Virus record (IMG/VR): IMGVR_UViG_3300005326_000035
Coordinates: 1-38,225 of that record
From: a virus
Lineage: Duplodnaviria; Caudoviricetes
DNA length: 38,225 nt
Reading direction: 5' to 3' (one strand)
Positions 34,505 through 38,225 of the stretch are shown piece after piece; the first letter of the stretch is position 1, and every line of letters begins with the position of its first letter. Position numbers and translations under genes: made by a program. The notes under the pieces are model-generated. The model saw only the letters and a list, made by a program, of their open reading frames with translations. It had not been told where the DNA came from and did no database searches.

Positions 34505-34965
34505 CGTGGTATCTTTTGCAAAATTTCCTCAATAACCGCCTTGTCTTGCCCGTCATAAATAGCACAGGCCAATTCTAAGACTATTTGTTTTAGTTCTTCA
34601 TTTGTCGAAGCTGCCGTAACATAGGTAATCACAACTTGTTCGTTATCTAATAAAGCCACTTTAGTTTTATCATTACTCAAAATGTAATTTACAGGAGTTC
34701 CGTATTCATATTCAATAACAGAAGTAACTGAAGTAACCGGAAGCAAGAATAATGGCTCAGAAGTCGAAAGGCGTTCAGAATAGAGTTTTAGAGTATTGAC
34801 AGCCAAAGAGACATTAGAAACATCTTCAACCTTCGAAATGGCCGCATTTAAAATTCTTTGTATCTGCGTGTCCTCTGTCGTTGTGGTTATATTCCCGAAT
34901 GCCTTTACTTCGGCTATCGTTACTACGGCTCCCGTTCTGCTTGTCCTTTCGATTCTCATTTCCAA
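34501..34965 (-). CDS. Head-tail connector (gp6-like)
   Basis: VTIAEVK...EDTQI..IL.AA...VE...LKQIVLEL...Y. Confidence 0.8.
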   Translation of the reverse strand: MEMRIERTSRTGAVVTIAEVKAFGNITTTTEDTQIQRILNAAISKVEDVSNVSLAVNTLKLYSERLSTSEPLFLLPVTSVTSVIEYEYGTPVNYILSNDKTKVALLDNEQVVITYVTAASTNEELKQIVLELACAIYDGQDKAVIEEILQKIPR

Positions 34966-35150
34966 TATCCGTTTTTAACCATATACTCTAAAAACCTTGC
35001 ATCGGGATTGGTTATAATGGTTCCTACTTCTATCCCGTCATAAGCCTTTATTACCTCCACCCCAACTTTAGGGGCTTTGTTTTCTATCGGCTCCATCTCC
35101 GCCTTATTTTCGTAAAGCGGAGTTTCGGCCTTCTTTTCAATTTTCTTCAT
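34956..35150 (-). CDS. Small hypothetical head-associated protein
   Basis: Directly after the capsid gene; repeated E(N/K)KA motif. Confidence 0.7.
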   Translation of the reverse strand: MKKIEKKAETPLYENKAEMEPIENKAPKVGVEVIKAYDGIEVGTIITNPDARFLEYMVKNGYWK

Positions 35151-35152
35151 TA

Positions 35153-36520
35153 CTAACCAGCAGTAGTTGTAGTGGTAGTAGTTGTAGTAGTAATTCCGTA
35201 AGTTACAACAGGGTTTGCAATAGTGTTAGTGATTAACACATTTGAAACGGCTGCACCGGCTGAAATAGCTGCAATAGAAGTTGTAGTGTTGGCTACAAAT
35301 ATGTTTGCGAGTTTATCAGTTGTCGGAACAACTACCTGACCTTTCCAACGCATATGGAGAGTATAACCATCGGTTCCGGCGTTTCTTTCAAGTTCTGTTT
35401 CAAGAGCTGCTTTTTGATGCAGTTGTAAAACCTTTCTTGTTACCATAAGCATTTCGGTTGCCCCAATAGTGGCATCTTCCAAAATAGTAACCCCATGAAC
35501 CAAAAGTGAACCGTCGGCCAAAACATTGATGTAGTTCGCCCCCTTGTCTTTCAGCAGACGAATCTTTGAAACCTCGGAAGGATACAGATAAACTGCATCA
35601 GGGATATAGTTACCCTTGCCCTGAATCATTACCTGAGTTCTTGCAGCAAGGATAAGGTCTGTAATGTTAGCATCCTGAACAGATAATGCCATTCCGGCAG
35701 TAGTAGCATTAAACGCTGTCGAACCCTGTGTTTTCAGACCGTAAATTTTCTTTGTGTATGCTCCACCATCAGCACCAGCACCAGAATAGATAAGAGAGTT
35801 TACCTTTGATAGGATAGCCTCAATTCCTTTGCCTCTTGCCCAATTAACGAAATATGACATTTCGGTTGTAGTCTCGCTTGAGAATTTAAGCATAGAACCT
35901 ATTTTTGCAAGCTCTCTGTATTTCTCTTCGATTGTTGCGCCGTCTCCGGTTGTTACGGCAGTCAGTTCCTCAACATAGTCTGCATTATCAAAATACACAC
36001 CGTCAAACCACATAGCACGGTTCTTGTCGGCCGGAACAGTAACCACCTGCATATTTGTAATGAATTTATTAGGCTCATACAAAGCCCCTGAAATTCCACC
36101 TCCGTAGGTTCTGCTTACCGGATTAGTTGCCCCGGAAGTAATTACGCTTGTTGGGTCGTCTTTTACCTCGATTAAAAATGTTTGTGATTTGGCTCTCTTG
36201 CCACTCATTACTTCTTCAAGTTGAGTTTTAAATTCGGCTCCCTCATACACCGCTTTCAGTGCGTCTACAAATGTCTCCTGCTTTTCCATTTTTGTTTCTG
36301 CCATTTTTTTGTTCAAATCGTTAATCCCCTCATTCAACTTCACAACATCTTCCTGCATTTTTTTGATTTCGCCCTCTGTTGTCTCGCCCTTTGTTTGCGC
36401 CTCGCCCAACTTTTTAGTTGCTTCGGCCAAATCCTCAGTTGCCTTTTTGTATTCCGCTCTCATAGTATCGAGTTCGGCCTTCATTTCGGCTGCTTTTTCC
36501 TCAATTGTTTTCTCTGCCAT
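35153..36520 (-). CDS. Major capsid protein (HK97 fold, N-terminal coiled-coil delta domain) with C-terminal poly-Thr
   Basis: Follows the prohead protease; coiled-coil N-terminus; IYSGAGA, LKDKGANY; ends ITTTTTTTTTTAG. Confidence 0.88.
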   Translation of the reverse strand: MAEKTIEEKAAEMKAELDTMRAEYKKATEDLAEATKKLGEAQTKGETTEGEIKKMQEDVVKLNEGINDLNKKMAETKMEKQETFVDALKAVYEGAEFKTQLEEVMSGKRAKSQTFLIEVKDDPTSVITSGATNPVSRTYGGGISGALYEPNKFITNMQVVTVPADKNRAMWFDGVYFDNADYVEELTAVTTGDGATIEEKYRELAKIGSMLKFSSETTTEMSYFVNWARGKGIEAILSKVNSLIYSGAGADGGAYTKKIYGLKTQGSTAFNATTAGMALSVQDANITDLILAARTQVMIQGKGNYIPDAVYLYPSEVSKIRLLKDKGANYINVLADGSLLVHGVTILEDATIGATEMLMVTRKVLQLHQKAALETELERNAGTDGYTLHMRWKGQVVVPTTDKLANIFVANTTTSIAAISAGAAVSNVLITNTIANPVVTYGITTTTTTTTTTAG

Positions 36521-36521
36521 C

Positions 36522-37097
36522 TTAATAGATTTTTAAAAATTGTTTAATAGTTCGTATGTTAATTTCGCCTTCAATTTCGCTTTTGAGTTTAATAAGTTCC
36601 TCATCTTTCATTTCCTCAATAGGTTGTTTCTCTGCCTTTATCTCTGTTGCTTGTATGGTAGCTAACTGATTAGCTGCTCTCGAAACAAAAGAAATTTCAT
36701 ATAATTTAACCTCTTTCAAAAGTCGCACATTCCTTACTTCGTCCACTTCCCAAACTATAGACTGATACCCGATTGATATTTCGTTTATTGCATCATCTTC
36801 AATCAAAATAGACAAGTCTTTGCCCATAGTGGTATTGGAGATTTTAGCCTTAAACCATAAGCCCTTTTCGTCTTCCTTCATCTCCACTATCTTGCCGACA
36901 ATATCTTCCATATCGTGCTGCAAACAGAGCTTTATTCTCTTGCCCTCTTTCCCTGCAATAGTCTTTGTAAATGCACCCGCTACAATTATGTCATTGTAAC
37001 TATCCTCGTTTCCAAATACTGCCGCATAGCCCTCAACAAACAAATTCTTGCCGTCAGGTACTGCTTTCGCCTCAAATATCTGCGCTTTATATTCCAT
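36522..37097 (-). CDS. HK97-family prohead protease
   Basis: EGYAAVFGNEDSYNDII..GAF, LQHD, SIGY, LYEISFV...AN. Confidence 0.93.
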   Translation of the reverse strand: MEYKAQIFEAKAVPDGKNLFVEGYAAVFGNEDSYNDIIVAGAFTKTIAGKEGKRIKLCLQHDMEDIVGKIVEMKEDEKGLWFKAKISNTTMGKDLSILIEDDAINEISIGYQSIVWEVDEVRNVRLLKEVKLYEISFVSRAANQLATIQATEIKAEKQPIEEMKDEELIKLKSEIEGEINIRTIKQFLKIY

Positions 37098-37113
37098 ATC
37101 TCTAAATTTTGCC

Positions 37114-37179
37114 TAAATATATTTGTTTTAACCTTTCCTTTTCGGGTTTTTCAAGCAATACAATTTATTTTTAAAGCTA
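37114..37179 (-). promoter_or_regulatory. Putative late promoter for the protease/capsid operon
   Basis: 19-bp motif identical to 1543-1561, 39-nt spacer, TATATTTA (37114-37121). Confidence 0.62.
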
Positions 37180-37938
37180 TTTTGGACTCATAAACACAGT
37201 ACAGGCGCAATTGATAATATTCCCCGCACTTGCACCCATTGAATCATCGCGAGGGTACATCATTTTCTCCCCATCAACTTCAAATGGTTCATCTTCATCA
37301 ATCGTAACTCCGTCCATTTCTGCGTGAGCCGGGCGGGTGTTGTTTCCCGATATTACCCAAGTTTTAGTGTAAGGAATACCCAATGCTTTTATGCTTTCGT
37401 CTTGTGCCACACTAAGAGCCGTAAGACTTTCGGTTTGCACTATCCGCCTTATCTCCCACTCTTGCACACCCTCGTAGACATTCATTATGTTGCCTGAAAG
37501 TTGTTGTGTGAGCTGCTCGATGCTCATAGTTTGGTCTTTTATCGCTTCTTTTAAAGCACCGGAAAACCAATCTTTAAATCCCTTTGAAATGATCTTTACC
37601 TTTCGCCCTGCGTTCTTGTTTATCCACCCATTTAAGGCTTCGTGCCACATATCCGTATCTGATTTTCGTGAAAGAAAATTATTGACCGTTGTACGAGCTG
37701 CGGGCATACCTACCCCGATAAACATATTTTCGTACCAGCTTCTTAAATACTTTTCGTTTATCTTTGCAGGTAGTTTTGTTGGCCAGTCTTTAGGGTCGTA
37801 ACTATCTGCCATTCCCAAAACCCTTGCCAACTCTTTACGCCTTGCCGCTGCCAATTTGGGTGCGTAAGTGCGTCCAATCCTTAGTGATTGAAGCCTTAGA
37901 TATTTGGCCATTTGGCGTTGTTGGTTAGTTATGCGCAT
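37177..37938 (-). CDS. Mu gpF / SPP1 gp7-like minor head protein
   Basis: RIVQTE, KTW...TRPAH..MDG, MYPRD, NIINCAC. Confidence 0.88.
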   Translation of the reverse strand: MRITNQQRQMAKYLRLQSLRIGRTYAPKLAAARRKELARVLGMADSYDPKDWPTKLPAKINEKYLRSWYENMFIGVGMPAARTTVNNFLSRKSDTDMWHEALNGWINKNAGRKVKIISKGFKDWFSGALKEAIKDQTMSIEQLTQQLSGNIMNVYEGVQEWEIRRIVQTESLTALSVAQDESIKALGIPYTKTWVISGNNTRPAHAEMDGVTIDEDEPFEVDGEKMMYPRDDSMGASAGNIINCACTVFMSPK

Positions 37939-38092
37939 ACTTTACCATATTCAAGTAATTATCTACTATCTTTAAAAACTTATCTATCTCCGTAATGTCT
38001 GTTTCACACTCTGAAATAAAAGGATTTCCAAGCAAATTTTCCCTTCGCTTATAAATCTCATACTTTTCATATTCCTCAATAGTCATATTCAT
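37925..38092 (-). CDS. Small hypothetical protein (55 aa; not in the ORF track)
   Basis: Manual translation MNMTIEEYEKYEIYKRRENLLGNPFISECETDITEIDKFLKIVDNYLNMVKYAHN*; overlaps the gpF-like start. Confidence 0.55.
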   Translation of the reverse strand: MNMTIEEYEKYEIYKRRENLLGNPFISECETDITEIDKFLKIVDNYLNMVKYAHN

Positions 38093-38102
38093 TTATGCAT
38101 AG

Positions 38103-38225
38103 CTTATGATTGTAAAAAACTTGTTTCCTTTTGATTCATCTCTGGCAATATGCAGATATTCCAAATTCCCCAAACAAAGCAGGTGCAATTTCAGACTGAT
38201 AGCCGCCCTTAAGTCTTCGAGGCTA
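38103..38225. repeat. Terminal direct repeat (copy 2)
   Basis: Identical to 1-123. Confidence 0.95.

Noticed and set aside
4-37801. Plus-strand ORFs in the track (60-121 aa)
   Set aside because: Nearly all are shadows of well-supported minus-strand genes and show no recognisable motifs.
151-37938. Stop-codon reassignment
   Set aside because: Genes are full length in the standard code; TAG and TGA end genes at expected positions.

Overview
This window is an apparently complete, circular ~38.1-kb siphovirus-type phage genome; bases 1-123 are identical to 38103-38225. Every credible gene lies on the minus strand, and I found no integrase. Repeated TTTG-N19/20-TAnnTTTG-type promoters and the gene families point to a Bacteroidota host. 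Order on the minus strand: non-coding control hub (20.4-20.8 kb), early genes, RecE-like nuclease/annealase/SSB, HNH, DUF1376-type initiator with internal iterons, ASCH/RusA, an RNA island, DNA methylase, a glycosylation cluster (three glycosyltransferases plus GalE, interleaved with MazG-like and PAPS-reductase-like genes), TerS/TerL, portal, gpF-like protein, protease, HK97 capsid, connectors, tail tube, frameshifted chaperones, tape measure, tail proteins and lysis genes. Two systems stand out. (1) A candidate virion O-glycosylation system: major capsid, head-closure and tail-tube proteins all end in poly-Thr tails (T10-AG, T7-AG, T6-GA), and the phage encodes a plant HPAT/SRGT1-like GT, an ABO-like GT6, a GT25-like enzyme and GalE. 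(2) A circularly permuted two-piece tmRNA with no apparent pseudoknots, tag (A)GNIFKMFTPQVRLAA, directly downstream of a tRNA-like element. Also found: a conserved late-promoter motif with a fixed 39-nt spacer, and a candidate sRNA antisense to translation starts. All family calls come from reading motifs by eye; no database searches were run.
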